A stretch of DNA of 64,000 bases from an uncultured Collinsella sp. (lineage in GTDB: Bacteria; Actinomycetota; Coriobacteriia; Coriobacteriales; Coriobacteriaceae): the NCBI GenBank assembly GCA_902464565.1, contig CABQJV010000006.1, positions 27,839 to 91,838 on the forward strand, written 5' to 3'. The position numbers were made by a program, and so were the translations under genes. Of this stretch, positions 39,033 through 49,031 are shown piece by piece (the stretch's first letter is position 1; the number at the start of each line of letters is the position of its first letter). The notes below the pieces were generated by a model that was not told where the DNA came from, did not search any database, and saw only the letters and a program-made list of their open reading frames with translations.

Positions 39033-40163
39033 ATGTCTGAGTTTGCTGCCGGTCCTGCCGGTCGTATCGAGCGTGTCCGTGCCCTGATGGCCGAGCGTGG
39101 CTACGACGCCATCGTGGTGCGCGACGAGGCCAACCTTCGTTGGCTTACGGGCGTGAAGGGCGTTTTCGACTACACCTTCGAGTTCCCGCACGCGGCGTTT
39201 ATTACGGCTGACCTGTGCCTGTTCCATACCGACTCGCGCTACCTCAACAGCTTTGAGGAGAACACGCCCGCCGGCAGCCCCTGGGTCTACGACATGGACG
39301 AGGGCACCATCCCCGGTTGGGTCGCCGGCAAGATCGCAGCCAACAAGTGCCGCGTCTGCGCTGTCGAGGACGACATGCAGATTAACTTCTACCAGGGTAT
39401 TCAGCGTGGTCTGGAGGATCGTTCCGTCGCCTGCATGCTGCCGCTGATGCATGACGACATTCGCAAGATGCGCGCCATCAAGGACGCCGAGGAGATCGAG
39501 CTCATGCGCCATGCGCAGTCGATCACCGATGCCGCCTTCCAGCATATGCTCGGTTTTATTAAGCCCGGCATGACCGAGAAGCAGGTGCGCAACGAGCTCG
39601 AGAACTTTATGTTCGCCAATGGAGCCGACAGCCTGGCCTTCGGCTCCATTGTGGCGAGCGGTCCCAACACCGCCAACCCGCACGCCGTGCCGAGCGACCG
39701 CGTAATCGAGAAGGGCGACTTCGTCCTTATGGATTACGGCGCGGGCTACTGCGACTATCGTTCCGACATGACGCGCACCGTCGTGATGGGCGAGCCTACC
39801 CAGGAGCAGCTCGACCTGTACGCGCTCGTGCGCCGCACCCACGAGGAGTGCGTCGCCGCCATCCATCCGGGCGTCGAGGGCAACGACATTTTCAAGCTTT
39901 CCAAGAAGATCATCGGCGATGCCGGCTATGGCGATTACTACAACCATGGTCTGGGCCACGGCGTGGGCATCGACATCCATGAGCTTCCCAACTTCAACCG
40001 CAGCAAGAACACCATCGAGGTCGGTTCGGTTATCACCATGGAGCCCGGCGTGTATCTGCCCGGTGTGGGCGGCGTGCGCCTGGAGGACTACGGCGTCGTC
40101 TCCGAGAACGGCTACGAGCCCTTCACCAAGACCCCGCACGACCTGCACGTCATCGTTTGCTAG
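39033..40163 (+). CDS. pepQ: Xaa-Pro aminopeptidase (M24B, PepQ/YqhT-like)
   Basis: [41 protein letters not shown]; precedes efp. Confidence 0.9.
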   Translation: MSEFAAGPAGRIERVRALMAERGYDAIVVRDEANLRWLTGVKGVFDYTFEFPHAAFITADLCLFHTDSRYLNSFEENTPAGSPWVYDMDEGTIPGWVAGKIAANKCRVCAVEDDMQINFYQGIQRGLEDRSVACMLPLMHDDIRKMRAIKDAEEIELMRHAQSITDAAFQHMLGFIKPGMTEKQVRNELENFMFANGADSLAFGSIVASGPNTANPHAVPSDRVIEKGDFVLMDYGAGYCDYRSDMTRTVVMGEPTQEQLDLYALVRRTHEECVAAIHPGVEGNDIFKLSKKIIGDAGYGDYYNHGLGHGVGIDIHELPNFNRSKNTIEVGSVITMEPGVYLPGVGGVRLEDYGVVSENGYEPFTKTPHDLHVIVC

Positions 40164-40185
40164 CCCATTTCGATAGATTTTTGGG

Positions 40186-40228
40186 GCGGGGCGTCCGGAG
40201 TAATTCGGGCGCCCCGCGTTCTCTTTTT
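40186..40228 (+). terminator. Intrinsic terminator after the peptidase gene
   Basis: GCGGGGCGTCCGGA-gtaa-TTCGGGCGCCCCGC then GTTCTCTTTTT. Confidence 0.7.
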
Positions 40229-40322
40229 ATGCGCTCGCTGCAGGCGCCGTCTGCAAGTGTATAATTTCGGTCGTATGTAATTTGGACGCTTGTGCGTTCT
40301 GCCCATAACAAGAAAGGTCGCT

Positions 40323-40886
40323 ATGCCTACCATTTCTACCGCCGACTTCAAGAACGGCCTCGGTCTCCGCATTAAGGACAAGGTCTACACCATCGTCGAG
40401 TTCCAGCATGTCAAGCCGGGCAAGGGCGGCGCGTTTGTGCGCTACAAGACCCGCGACATCAAGAGCGGCCGCGTCGTCGAGAACACCTGCAACGCCGGCA
40501 CCAAGTTCGAGAGCGTCATGCTCACCACCCGTGAGTTCCAGTACCTCTACAACGATGGCGCCGACTACATCTTCATGGACAATGAGACCTATGAGCAGGT
40601 TCCCGTTCCTGAGGACATGGTGGGCGAGAACTCCAAGTGGCTGCGCGAGAACGACATCTGCCAGCTGCTCTTCGCCGACGATGAGCTCATGGGCGTGACC
40701 CCGCCGATGTTCATCGAGACCACCATCGTCCAGACCGACCCGGGCTTTAAGGGCGACACCGTCCAGGGTTCCACCAAGCCGGCCACGATCGACACCGGCG
40801 CTGTCATCCAGGTCCCCATGTACCTCAACGAGGGCGAGGTCATCAAGGTTGACACCCGCGACGGCAAGTTCGTCTCCCGCGTCTAG
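40323..40886 (+). CDS. efp: Elongation factor P
   Basis: FQHVKPGKGGAFVR, YLY.D, FMD.ETYEQ, PGFKGDT, KPAT; AGAAAGG RBS. Confidence 0.97.
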   Translation: MPTISTADFKNGLGLRIKDKVYTIVEFQHVKPGKGGAFVRYKTRDIKSGRVVENTCNAGTKFESVMLTTREFQYLYNDGADYIFMDNETYEQVPVPEDMVGENSKWLRENDICQLLFADDELMGVTPPMFIETTIVQTDPGFKGDTVQGSTKPATIDTGAVIQVPMYLNEGEVIKVDTRDGKFVSRV

Positions 40887-40910
40887 CATCCAACTCTTCT
40901 AGGAGGACTC

Positions 40911-41273
40911 ATGCCCCAGGAAATCAAGATTGACGGCATCGGCATTTCGCCCGATGTTCTGACCGCCATCGTCTCGCGCGCCGTGTCGGATGTCGAGGGC
41001 ATCGCCTCCGTTGGCGTCAAGGACCTTGCCACCAACCTTGTCTCCATGATGCTCTCGTCCAAGGCCCCGGCTTCCGAGCCGGCGGTCGAGGCCGAGGTCG
41101 TCGGCGACAAGCTCGCACTCACCGTGCGTGTCGTGGTGTTCTTTGGCTATCCGTTCAAGAAACTCGCCGAGGCCGTTCGCGCCGCCGTGGTCGCCGCCAT
41201 CGATGCCCAGGTGGGCGTCGAGGTCGAGCGCGTTGACGTTTGCATCGACGGTCTCGTTTTCCCCAAGGAGTAA
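40911..41273 (+). CDS. Asp23/Gls24 family protein (YqhY-like)
   Basis: ISPDVL..I...AV.DVEG, V.RVDV.I.G; lies between efp and nusB. Confidence 0.88.
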   Translation: MPQEIKIDGIGISPDVLTAIVSRAVSDVEGIASVGVKDLATNLVSMMLSSKAPASEPAVEAEVVGDKLALTVRVVVFFGYPFKKLAEAVRAAVVAAIDAQVGVEVERVDVCIDGLVFPKE

Positions 41274-41276
41274 CCT

Positions 41277-41861
41277 TTGAGCCTTAAGGTTTATCGCGGG
41301 CGCACGCTTGCCCGCAGTCAGGCGCTGCAGCTGCTGTTCCAGGCCGAGGCCACGGACAGCCCGCTCGAGCGCGTCCTCGAGGGCGATTTCCTGATTTCGA
41401 AGGGCCCCCTCGACCCCTATGCGCTGGAGCTTTGCCGCGGTGCCTACGAGCATATCGATCGCATCGATTGTGCCCTTCGAGCCGTCGCCAAGAACTGGGA
41501 TCTTATGCGCATGCCCGGTGCCGACCGCAACCTGCTGCGTATCGCCGTCTACGAGATGCGCTTCCTCACCGACGAGGAGGTCTCGGACGCCATCGTTATC
41601 AACGAGGCGGTCGAGATTGCTAAGGCTTATGGTACCGACCAGTCCGCATCGTTTGTCAACGGCGTGCTGGGCAAGATCGCTCGCAGCGAGGAGCTGCCGG
41701 GCGAGGACCTGTACCAGGAGCTGCTGGCCGAGGATCGCGTTCGCGAGGAGGCACAGGCTGCCGAGGCGGCCGCCAAGGTCGCTGCCGCTCAGGCTGAGGC
41801 TGGCGTGCTGGCCGAGGATGCGGACGCCGCCGAGGCTGACATCGACTCCGTCGAGGAGTAG
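41277..41861 (+). CDS. nusB: Transcription antitermination factor NusB
   Basis: R..ARSQALQLLFQ, DRNLLRIAVYE, INEAVEIAK.YG, FVNGVLG. Confidence 0.96.
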   Translation: MSLKVYRGRTLARSQALQLLFQAEATDSPLERVLEGDFLISKGPLDPYALELCRGAYEHIDRIDCALRAVAKNWDLMRMPGADRNLLRIAVYEMRFLTDEEVSDAIVINEAVEIAKAYGTDQSASFVNGVLGKIARSEELPGEDLYQELLAEDRVREEAQAAEAAAKVAAAQAEAGVLAEDADAAEADIDSVEE

Positions 41862-41863
41862 CC

Positions 41864-42103
41864 ATGCCAGAGGGTTCTGTCCGTAACTTTGATGAGATTT
41901 CGGACCGTCTGGATCAGATCATCGCTACCGTTCGCTCCAAGGATACCTCCTTGGAGCGTTCGCTCGATTTGTTTGACGAGGCGATTGAGCTGGGCTCCCG
42001 CGCGGTCGATATGGTCGACAAGTTTGAGTTGACGCCGCGTGAGGCCGACAAGCTCGAGCAGGAATACGATGAGGATGCGGCAAACGAATCCCAGGATAGC
42101 TAG
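41864..42103 (+). CDS. xseB: Exodeoxyribonuclease VII small subunit
   Basis: NFDEISDRLDQII...SLERSLDLFDEAIEL. Confidence 0.85.
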   Translation: MPEGSVRNFDEISDRLDQIIATVRSKDTSLERSLDLFDEAIELGSRAVDMVDKFELTPREADKLEQEYDEDAANESQDS

Positions 42104-42138
42104 GCCGCATCTCCGGATACGAATGGTTGATGGCATTC

Positions 42139-42942
42139 ATGAAACGCGTGCGTCTTGATGACGAACTGATTTCACAGGGCATCTGCGCCGATCGCGCGGA
42201 TGCCCTTCGCACTCTTATGGCCGGCTTGGTCTCGAGTGGCGGTGAGCGCTTGACTTCGCCGGGCCTTAAGGTGATCCCGGGGCTGCCGCTGCATGTGAAG
42301 GGGCGCATTCCCTATGTTGGCCGCGGCGGTCTTAAGCTCGAAGGCGCGCTTGATGCGTTTGGCATCAATCCGACGGGCCTTGCCTGTCTGGATGTGGGCT
42401 GCTCTACCGGCGGCTTTACCGATTGTCTGCTCAAGCGCGGAGCTGCGACCGTTGTCTCGGTGGACGTGGGTCGCGCCCAGTTCGATTGGTCGTTGCGCCA
42501 GGACGATCGCGTGACGCTGCATGAGCGCACAAACGTGACGCAGCTGCCTGAGCTTGGCTATGCCGGCACTATCGACCTGGCTGTGTGTGATGTCTCGTTT
42601 ACCAGCATCGCGAACATTATCGATGCGGTACTGGCGTGCCTGGCGCCTACGGGTGCATTCTGCACGCTCGTAAAGCCGCAGTTTGAGGCTCCGGCGGCGC
42701 TGGTGGGCGAGGGCGGCATTGTGACCGATCCCGCCGTGCGCCGCGATACACTCGTGGCGGCGGTTGAACTCTTTGCTGCCAAGGGCCTGTTCCCGGTCGA
42801 TGTGTGCGTGTCGCCTATCCATGGTGCCAAGGGCAACGTTGAGTTTTTCCTGTACGGCACGAGGTTTGCCCCCGGGGAGCGCGCCGACGATGAGCTGCAA
42901 TCCCAGGTATCGGTTTTGAGCGAGAAAGCTGCAACGCTATGA
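42139..42942 (+). CDS. tlyA: TlyA family rRNA 2'-O-methyltransferase (start may be 42130)
   Basis: RLD S4 domain, YVGRGGLKL, DVGCSTGGFTD, DVSFTS, LVKPQFE, SPI.G..GNVEF. Confidence 0.95.
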   Translation: MKRVRLDDELISQGICADRADALRTLMAGLVSSGGERLTSPGLKVIPGLPLHVKGRIPYVGRGGLKLEGALDAFGINPTGLACLDVGCSTGGFTDCLLKRGAATVVSVDVGRAQFDWSLRQDDRVTLHERTNVTQLPELGYAGTIDLAVCDVSFTSIANIIDAVLACLAPTGAFCTLVKPQFEAPAALVGEGGIVTDPAVRRDTLVAAVELFAAKGLFPVDVCVSPIHGAKGNVEFFLYGTRFAPGERADDELQSQVSVLSEKAATL

Positions 42943-43799
42943 AGGTCTTTCTGGTTCCCAATTACTACAAGCAAGAGGCAGTCGAGAGCGGCCTGATGCT
43001 CGAGCTTTGGCTTTCGCGCCAGGGCTACGAGGTTGCATGGGCTGCCGACCAGCGTTCCAAGATCCAGAGCACGCCTGATATTGACGGCTCCGATCTGGTC
43101 ATTACGCTCGGCGGCGACGGTACGTTGCTGCGCGCTGCCCGCATCCTCAACCATCGCGAGATTCCCATCCTCGGTCTTTCCTATGGTCACCTGGGCTTTT
43201 TAACTGCTGCGAGTCCCGAGGAGCGCGACATTCTGCAGGTCGTGAGCGACGCCCTGTCCGGCGAGCTGCATGTGAGCCGTCGCGCTACCATCGCCGCGGA
43301 TATCGTGTCCGTGCGCGAAGACGGTACGAAGGATGTCGTGCGCACCTTCGCCCTCAACGACATGGCGCTTACCCGCGGTCCGCTGTCCGATATGGTCGAG
43401 TTCGACATCACGGTGTCCGGCCATCATATCGACCGCCTGCGCGGTGACGGTGTCGTCGTTTCGACGGCGACCGGCTCCACTGGCTATGCACTATCCGCCG
43501 GTGGCCCCATCGTGAGCCCCGACTATACGGGCATGGTCTGCGTACCCATTGCGCCGCACACCATTCAGGCTCGTGCCTTTTTGACCTCGCCGAGTGATGT
43601 CGTCGAAATCTTTATGTCCGATGATCGCCCGAGCGTTCCGGCGATCGCTATCGATGGACAGTTTATCACCTGCGATGGCACCGTTGAGAGCGTAGCGGTG
43701 CGCCGCGGGCCCGGAGATGTGTTGCTGCTGGATTACGGCCCCGAGAGCTTCTATAACTCGGTGAGCCGCGTATTCTACGGAGTCCGTCATGATCGATGA
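42939..43799 (+). CDS. nadK: NAD kinase
   Basis: LGGDGTLL, GHLGFL, ALND, GDGVVVSTATGSTGYALSAGGP. Confidence 0.96.
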   Translation: MKVFLVPNYYKQEAVESGLMLELWLSRQGYEVAWAADQRSKIQSTPDIDGSDLVITLGGDGTLLRAARILNHREIPILGLSYGHLGFLTAASPEERDILQVVSDALSGELHVSRRATIAADIVSVREDGTKDVVRTFALNDMALTRGPLSDMVEFDITVSGHHIDRLRGDGVVVSTATGSTGYALSAGGPIVSPDYTGMVCVPIAPHTIQARAFLTSPSDVVEIFMSDDRPSVPAIAIDGQFITCDGTVESVAVRRGPGDVLLLDYGPESFYNSVSRVFYGVRHDR

Positions 43800-45417
43800 G
43801 CTGCAGGTTTCTAACATTGCACTCATTCGCGAGGCGACGCTGGTGCCGAGTGCCGGTCTGACTGTCCTGACCGGCGAGACCGGCGCCGGCAAGACCGCGC
43901 TGCTCTCGGCTCTCAAGCTTATTTTGGGTGAGCGCGCGGATTCGTCGACGGTGCGCGAGGGCGAGGCGCTGGCGAGCGTCGAGGCGCGGCTGTTTGACGG
44001 CCCGCACGACACGGAAGGCTTCACCGTTCAGCGCAGCCTTTCTGCCGAGGGCCGCAGCCGCGTGAAGATTGACGGCCGCATCGCCAGTGTGCGCGAGCTT
44101 TCGGAGCGCGTTGGTGTGATGATGGATCTGTGCGGCCAACACGAGCACCAGCGCTTGCTCGATCCGGCGCATCACGTTGCGATGGTCGATGCATGGGCAG
44201 GACGCCCGGCACTCGAGGCGCTGGATGCGTACCGCGCCTGCTTTAAAGCATCGCGCGCTGCCGCCAAGGAGGTTCGACGTGTCGAAGAGGCCTCGCGTGC
44301 CCAGGGGAGCCGCGTCGAGGAGGCGCGCTTTGCCCTCGAGCGCATCGGCGAGGTCGACCCCAAACCGGGCGAGTATGAGGAACTCGAGGAGCTGCTGCCG
44401 CGCTCCGAACATGCCGAAGTGCTGGTTGCCACTGCTAACGATGCCCATGCATCGCTTGCCTCTGAAGGGGGAGCGCTCGATGCCGTGAACAGCGCTGTGG
44501 CAGAGCTTTCCCGCATGGTTACCGTCGATCGCAAACTGGGCGACATTGCCGATGCGCTTTCGGATGCCTGTATCTCCCTTGAGGATTGCGCGAACGAGCT
44601 TCGTGCCTATCGTGATGGCGTTGCCTTCGACCCGCGCGAGCTCGCTCGCATGCGTGAGCGGTATTCCGACCTCAAGGGCCTGTTGCGTAAGTGGGGTCCC
44701 ACCATGGACGATGTTTTTGCCATGCGCAATCGCTCGCAAGAACTGCTGTCTCTGGTCGATGATGGCGATGAACAGATCAAAAAGGCGCGTGAGGCACTCG
44801 GGAGCGCCGAGCGCGAGCTGTTCGCTGCTGCCAGGGCACTTAAGCGCGCTCGCAATACGGCGGCCCCGCGCTTCTGTCACGAGGTCGGCCGCCAGATGGC
44901 TCGCTTGGAGATGGGTGGCGCCGAGCTCGTCTGGGAGTCGCGCGATCTTCCCCGTGCTGAGTGGACGCCCGTTGGTCCTTCGAGCTACGAGCTGCTATAC
45001 CGCAGCGGCGCCGGCTTGACGCCACGTCCCCTGCGCCGCATTGTGTCGGGCGGCGAGCTCAGCCGCGTCATGCTGGCAAGCAAGGTCGTCCTCGGTAACG
45101 CGGACGGTGTTGATACGCTGGTGTTTGACGAGGTCGATGCTGGTGTCGGTGGCTCCACGGCGCGTGCGCTCGCGGGCGTGCTGGCAGATCTCGCCGCTAC
45201 GCATCAGGTGATTGTCGTAACCCACTTGGCGCAGGTCGCCGTCATGGCTGACAAGCATTATGTCGTCAGCAAGGAACCGGGCGATGTTCCCCAGACGCAT
45301 TTGGACGAGGTAACCGGCGAAACGCGTACCGCCGAGATCGCCCGCATGCTGAGCGGCGATCAGTCCGAGGCAAGCTTGGCCCACGCAAAGCAGATGCTCG
45401 AAGAAGCTCGAGGTTAG
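43789..45417 (+). CDS. recN: DNA repair protein RecN
   Basis: LTGETGAGKT, GQHEHQ, SGGELSR, FDEVDAGVGG, VTHLAQVA, EIARMLSG. Confidence 0.96.
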   Translation: MIDELQVSNIALIREATLVPSAGLTVLTGETGAGKTALLSALKLILGERADSSTVREGEALASVEARLFDGPHDTEGFTVQRSLSAEGRSRVKIDGRIASVRELSERVGVMMDLCGQHEHQRLLDPAHHVAMVDAWAGRPALEALDAYRACFKASRAAAKEVRRVEEASRAQGSRVEEARFALERIGEVDPKPGEYEELEELLPRSEHAEVLVATANDAHASLASEGGALDAVNSAVAELSRMVTVDRKLGDIADALSDACISLEDCANELRAYRDGVAFDPRELARMRERYSDLKGLLRKWGPTMDDVFAMRNRSQELLSLVDDGDEQIKKAREALGSAERELFAAARALKRARNTAAPRFCHEVGRQMARLEMGGAELVWESRDLPRAEWTPVGPSSYELLYRSGAGLTPRPLRRIVSGGELSRVMLASKVVLGNADGVDTLVFDEVDAGVGGSTARALAGVLADLAATHQVIVVTHLAQVAVMADKHYVVSKEPGDVPQTHLDEVTGETRTAEIARMLSGDQSEASLAHAKQMLEEARG

Positions 45418-45494
45418 AACGAGTCGGCGGTGTTGGGGGGGTAAAATATCAGTAATCCTTGCCTCGCCACTTGCCCGTCTGGCCCGACCGTCAA

Positions 45495-45644
45495 AAACTA
45501 TGCCGGTTTACTACGATGAATCGGCATAGCTCGAGCACAGCTAATATTGCAAAAAGAAAACCGCAGGTAGAACGCCTGCGGTTTTCTTTCAAAACGCGAT
45601 ATGGTCATACATTGCGATTTCATCGTAGTAAAGCGGCATAGTTT
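45495..45644. repeat. 150-bp MITE-like nested inverted repeat
   Basis: 26-bp terminal IR with 1 mismatch (AAACTATGCCG[G/C]TTTACTACGATGAA) enclosing a perfect 15-bp inner stem AAAGAAAACCGCAGG/CCTGCGGTTTTCTTT. Confidence 0.8.
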
Positions 45645-45678
45645 CGTGCGACAAGCAACTAACGACTCCCTATAAAGC

Positions 45679-46536
45679 CTACTCCACGACCTTATCCGGC
45701 TGGATGAGCTCCTCGTAGTAGCTGATATGCTCGCGAGCGTCTTCAATCTCGGGCAGCAGAAAGTTGTAGATGACCTCTATGATCATCGTGGCGCTGATCT
45801 TAGAGAATGCAAAGTCGCCCGTCGTCAGCAGCGCTTCGTGATTGACGGTATTAAAGGTGTAGTCGGCGAGGCGCGCGAGTGGGGATTTGCTGTCGCTGCT
45901 GATGACGACTACGGTTGCGCCGCAGTCGCGAGCCGCTTTTGCCATGCGATTCAGTCGGCGCGATTTGCCAGAGTTTGAGATTAGCACGATAACGTCATCC
46001 GGGCGCAACGTGAGCGCAAAGCCGATTGATGTCTCGCTAATGGTGCTCGCCATGCAGCGCAGGCCCAGCTGCGAAAACTTAAACGTCGCATCGAGCGCGA
46101 CCGCGTTCGTATTGCCCACAGCCGCAAACTCAATAACCCCTGCATGCTTAAGGGCATGCACAACAGCCGCCAGCGTATCGTGGTCGATCCCGTCGATAGT
46201 CGCATTAAGCTCGCTCACCTTGGCAGCCAGGATGTTCTTGAGGCTCTGCTCCATATTGTCGAGCGAGACCTCGTCGGTCAGGCCCTCGTTGCGCTGGCTT
46301 TCCAAATCCCTCGCCAACGAAAACTGAAAGCTGCGGAAGCTGCCAAACCCAAGCTTGCGGCAGAAGCGCGAAACGGTCGCCTCGGACGTGGCAGCGGCGC
46401 GTGAGAGCTGAGCCGCCGTGAGGCGTGGAGCCTCGGACTGGTGCTCCAATATATAGTCGACAATGCGCTGCTCGGACTCGCTATATCCCTGGTGGGTGCT
46501 AATGAGGGAAAGTGCGCTCTTGCTACTATCAGTCAT
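45679..46536 (-). CDS. MurR/RpiR family transcriptional regulator
   Basis: SESEQRIVDYIL, TSEATVSRFCRKLGF..F, SIS domain ISNSGKS, SPLARLAD; AGGAG RBS. Confidence 0.95.
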   Translation of the reverse strand: MTDSSKSALSLISTHQGYSESEQRIVDYILEHQSEAPRLTAAQLSRAAATSEATVSRFCRKLGFGSFRSFQFSLARDLESQRNEGLTDEVSLDNMEQSLKNILAAKVSELNATIDGIDHDTLAAVVHALKHAGVIEFAAVGNTNAVALDATFKFSQLGLRCMASTISETSIGFALTLRPDDVIVLISNSGKSRRLNRMAKAARDCGATVVVISSDSKSPLARLADYTFNTVNHEALLTTGDFAFSKISATMIIEVIYNFLLPEIEDAREHISYYEELIQPDKVVE

Positions 46537-46666
46537 GGATGGCTCCTGGTTGACATGAAAATCGGACTCGTTTTGTAATGTCATAGTATAGGGGGATTTT
46601 CAATTACAAGATACACCTTGCCGTTTCAAGTGTTGATGGTAAACTTTCATCTACCGTTTACGGTTA

Positions 46667-46681
46667 TGAAAGAACCTTTCA
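46667..46681. promoter_or_regulatory. Candidate RpiR operator TGAAAGAACCTTTCA
   Basis: Palindrome TGAAAG-N3-CTTTCA in the divergent promoter region; related 15-mers at 46635, 49264 and 52612. Confidence 0.55.
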
Positions 46682-46808
46682 CCGGAGAATTGCATCTTGT
46701 CTCTTCTCACGCGGACGGTAGGTTGGTATCTTTCAGTTGTGGAAAAACGCGCATCGAAGCGCGTGTAGGGGAGCGCCCGCGGGCGCTGTACTCAAGAAGG
46801 AGGGACAC

Positions 46809-48812
46809 ATGGCTAAGTTTGACATCATCGCCGCGACCGGTTGCCCGACCGGCATTGCGCACACCTTCATGGCGAAGGAGGCGCTGGAGAAGGCAGCTGC
46901 CGAGCGCGGTCTGACCATTAAGGTCGAGACTCATGGCCAGGTCGGTGTCGAGAACGAGCTCACCAAGAGTGAGATCGCTGGTGCCAAGGCCGTCGTCGTC
47001 GCAGCAGACAAGGATGTCCAGGCTGAGCGTTTCGCCGGTAAGCCCATGGTTTCCGTTGGTGTTTCCAAGGCCCTGTCCGTTGAGGCCGCCGGTAAGCTGA
47101 TTGACCGCGCGCTCGCCGCCAAGGGCGACAGCACGGTTGCAGCCGCTGCCGATGTCGAGGACGAGGTCGAGGAGAAGGAGTCCATCGGCCACATCATCTA
47201 CAAGCACCTCATGAACGGCGTCAGCCACATGCTGGTCTTCGTCGTTGCCGGTGGTGTTCTGACTGCCGTTTCGTTCCTGTGGGGCATTACGTCCTTCGAT
47301 TCGACGGCGTCTGACTACAACAGCTTTGCTGCGATGCTCAAGATCATCGGCGGCATCGCCATGAACCTCATGGTTCCGGTGCTTTCCGCCTACATCGCCG
47401 AGTCCATCGGCAAGCGCCCGGCGCTCGTCCCCGGCTTTGTTGCCGGTATGATCGCCATCCAGGGCCTGCCTGTTAACGCCGAGACCGGCATGATCGACGC
47501 CGGTGGCGCCGGCGTGGGCTTCGGCTTCCTGGGCGGCATCGTCGGTGGCTTCCTCGCCGGTTATGTCATCCTGCTGCTCGAGAAGGTCTTTGCCGGTCTG
47601 CCCAAGAACCTGGACGGCCTCAAGGCTATCTTCCTGTACCCGCTGTTCTCGACCGCCATCGTCGGTCTGGTCATGCTCGGCATTTCCGGCCCCATGGCTG
47701 CCATCAACACCGCCATGATGGACTTCCTCAAGGGCCTGTCCGCCTCTGGCGCCGTTGTCCTGGGTCTTGCCATCGGCTGCATGTGCGCCTTTGACATGGG
47801 CGGCCCGGTCAACAAGGCTGCTTACGTTACCGGTACCGCTATGCTCACCGAGGCACTGGCCGCCGGTGTTGGCACCGATACTTACAACTTCGGCACCAAC
47901 TTCATGGCTGCCGTCTCCGCCGCCTGCATCGTTCCGCCGCTGATCACCACCTTCGCCGTCGTTGTCGGCAAGAAGTACTTCAGCCAGGAGGATCACGACG
48001 CCGGTGTCGTCAACCTCATCCTTGGTTGCACCCACATCACCGAGGGCGCCATTCCGTTCATGACCAAGAACATCTGGCCCGTCATGCCCATCATGATGCT
48101 CGGTTCCTCTATCGCTTCGATCCTGACCATTATGTTCAACGTTCACGATCCGGCGCCTCACGGTGGCTTCCTGGTCCTGCCCGTTGTCGAGAACGGTCCG
48201 CTTTGGGTCCTCGCGATCCTCATCGGCGCCGTGGTCGGTGGCATCCTGTTCGTGGCCTTCAAGAAGTACGACTTCGAGAAGAACCACAAGGCCGCTCCTG
48301 CAGCCAAGCCCGTTGAGGCCCCCAAGGCCGCTGCCGTCGAGGCCCCCAAGGCCGAGGCTGCCGACTTCGTGAAGGTCGAGAATGTCTTTGTCGCCGAGGA
48401 CTTCGCTTCTCGTGACGAGGCTCTGAGCTTTGTCTCCAACCAGGCCGTCAAGGCCGGTATCGCCGGCGACGCCGACGCCGTGATGAACGCCTTCCTGGCC
48501 CGCGAGGCCGAGGGCACCACGGGCATGATGGAGGGCTTCGCCATCCCGCATGCCAAGTCGGACGCCATTACCGAGGCTGCTGTCATCGTCGTCAAGGACG
48601 ACTCTGGCGTGACCGGTTGGGACACCATGGACGGCGCTCCCGTCAACGTTGCCATCGCCCTGCTCATCCCGGGCGCTCAGGCTGGCACCACGCACCTCAA
48701 GATCCTGTCCAAGGTCGCCGAGGCGCTTATGGACGAGGATTTCCGTGCCACCGTCAAGGGTTCTACCGACGCCGCCGAGATCGCCAAGACGATCAACGCC
48801 CGCCTGGTCTAA
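46809..48812 (+). CDS. Fructose-family PTS transporter, fused EIIB-EIIC-EIIA
   Basis: CPTGIAHTFMA (IIB), HLMNGVSHML and FDMGGPVNK (IIC), ITEGAIPF, AIPHAK (IIA). Confidence 0.95.
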   Translation: MAKFDIIAATGCPTGIAHTFMAKEALEKAAAERGLTIKVETHGQVGVENELTKSEIAGAKAVVVAADKDVQAERFAGKPMVSVGVSKALSVEAAGKLIDRALAAKGDSTVAAAADVEDEVEEKESIGHIIYKHLMNGVSHMLVFVVAGGVLTAVSFLWGITSFDSTASDYNSFAAMLKIIGGIAMNLMVPVLSAYIAESIGKRPALVPGFVAGMIAIQGLPVNAETGMIDAGGAGVGFGFLGGIVGGFLAGYVILLLEKVFAGLPKNLDGLKAIFLYPLFSTAIVGLVMLGISGPMAAINTAMMDFLKGLSASGAVVLGLAIGCMCAFDMGGPVNKAAYVTGTAMLTEALAAGVGTDTYNFGTNFMAAVSAACIVPPLITTFAVVVGKKYFSQEDHDAGVVNLILGCTHITEGAIPFMTKNIWPVMPIMMLGSSIASILTIMFNVHDPAPHGGFLVLPVVENGPLWVLAILIGAVVGGILFVAFKKYDFEKNHKAAPAAKPVEAPKAAAVEAPKAEAADFVKVENVFVAEDFASRDEALSFVSNQAVKAGIAGDADAVMNAFLAREAEGTTGMMEGFAIPHAKSDAITEAAVIVVKDDSGVTGWDTMDGAPVNVAIALLIPGAQAGTTHLKILSKVAEALMDEDFRATVKGSTDAAEIAKTINARLV

Positions 48813-48847
48813 TCCAGCAGTTAGCGAATAATATCGCCCCTTGTAAC

Positions 48848-48883
48848 AAAGGCGGAGACCCTCACCAGGGCCTCCGCCTTTTT
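48848..48883 (+). terminator. Intrinsic terminator after the PTS EII gene
   Basis: AAAGGCGGAGACCCT-cacc-AGGGCCTCCGCCTTT followed by TT. Confidence 0.8.
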
Positions 48884-48893
48884 CATCCCCAAA

Positions 48894-48964
48894 TAAGTTG
48901 CGGTGAAATAGGAACTGTTTAAACGATTCAACCCCAAATTCAATCCCTATTTCACCGCAACTTA
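48894..48964. repeat. Inverted-repeat element, family B copy 1
   Basis: Perfect 19-bp IR TAAGTTGCGGTGAAATAGG ... CCTATTTCACCGCAACTTA with a 33-nt AT-rich spacer. Confidence 0.85.
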
Positions 48965-49031
48965 CAAAAGGGTCTAGATAGACCCCATCAACCAAATCAA
49001 CCAGGCGAACAACAAATCAGCCAGAATTTCG

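Noticed and set aside
45459..45746. Short ORFs sharing KLCRFTTM on both strands
   Set aside because: Artefact of the 26-bp inverted repeat.
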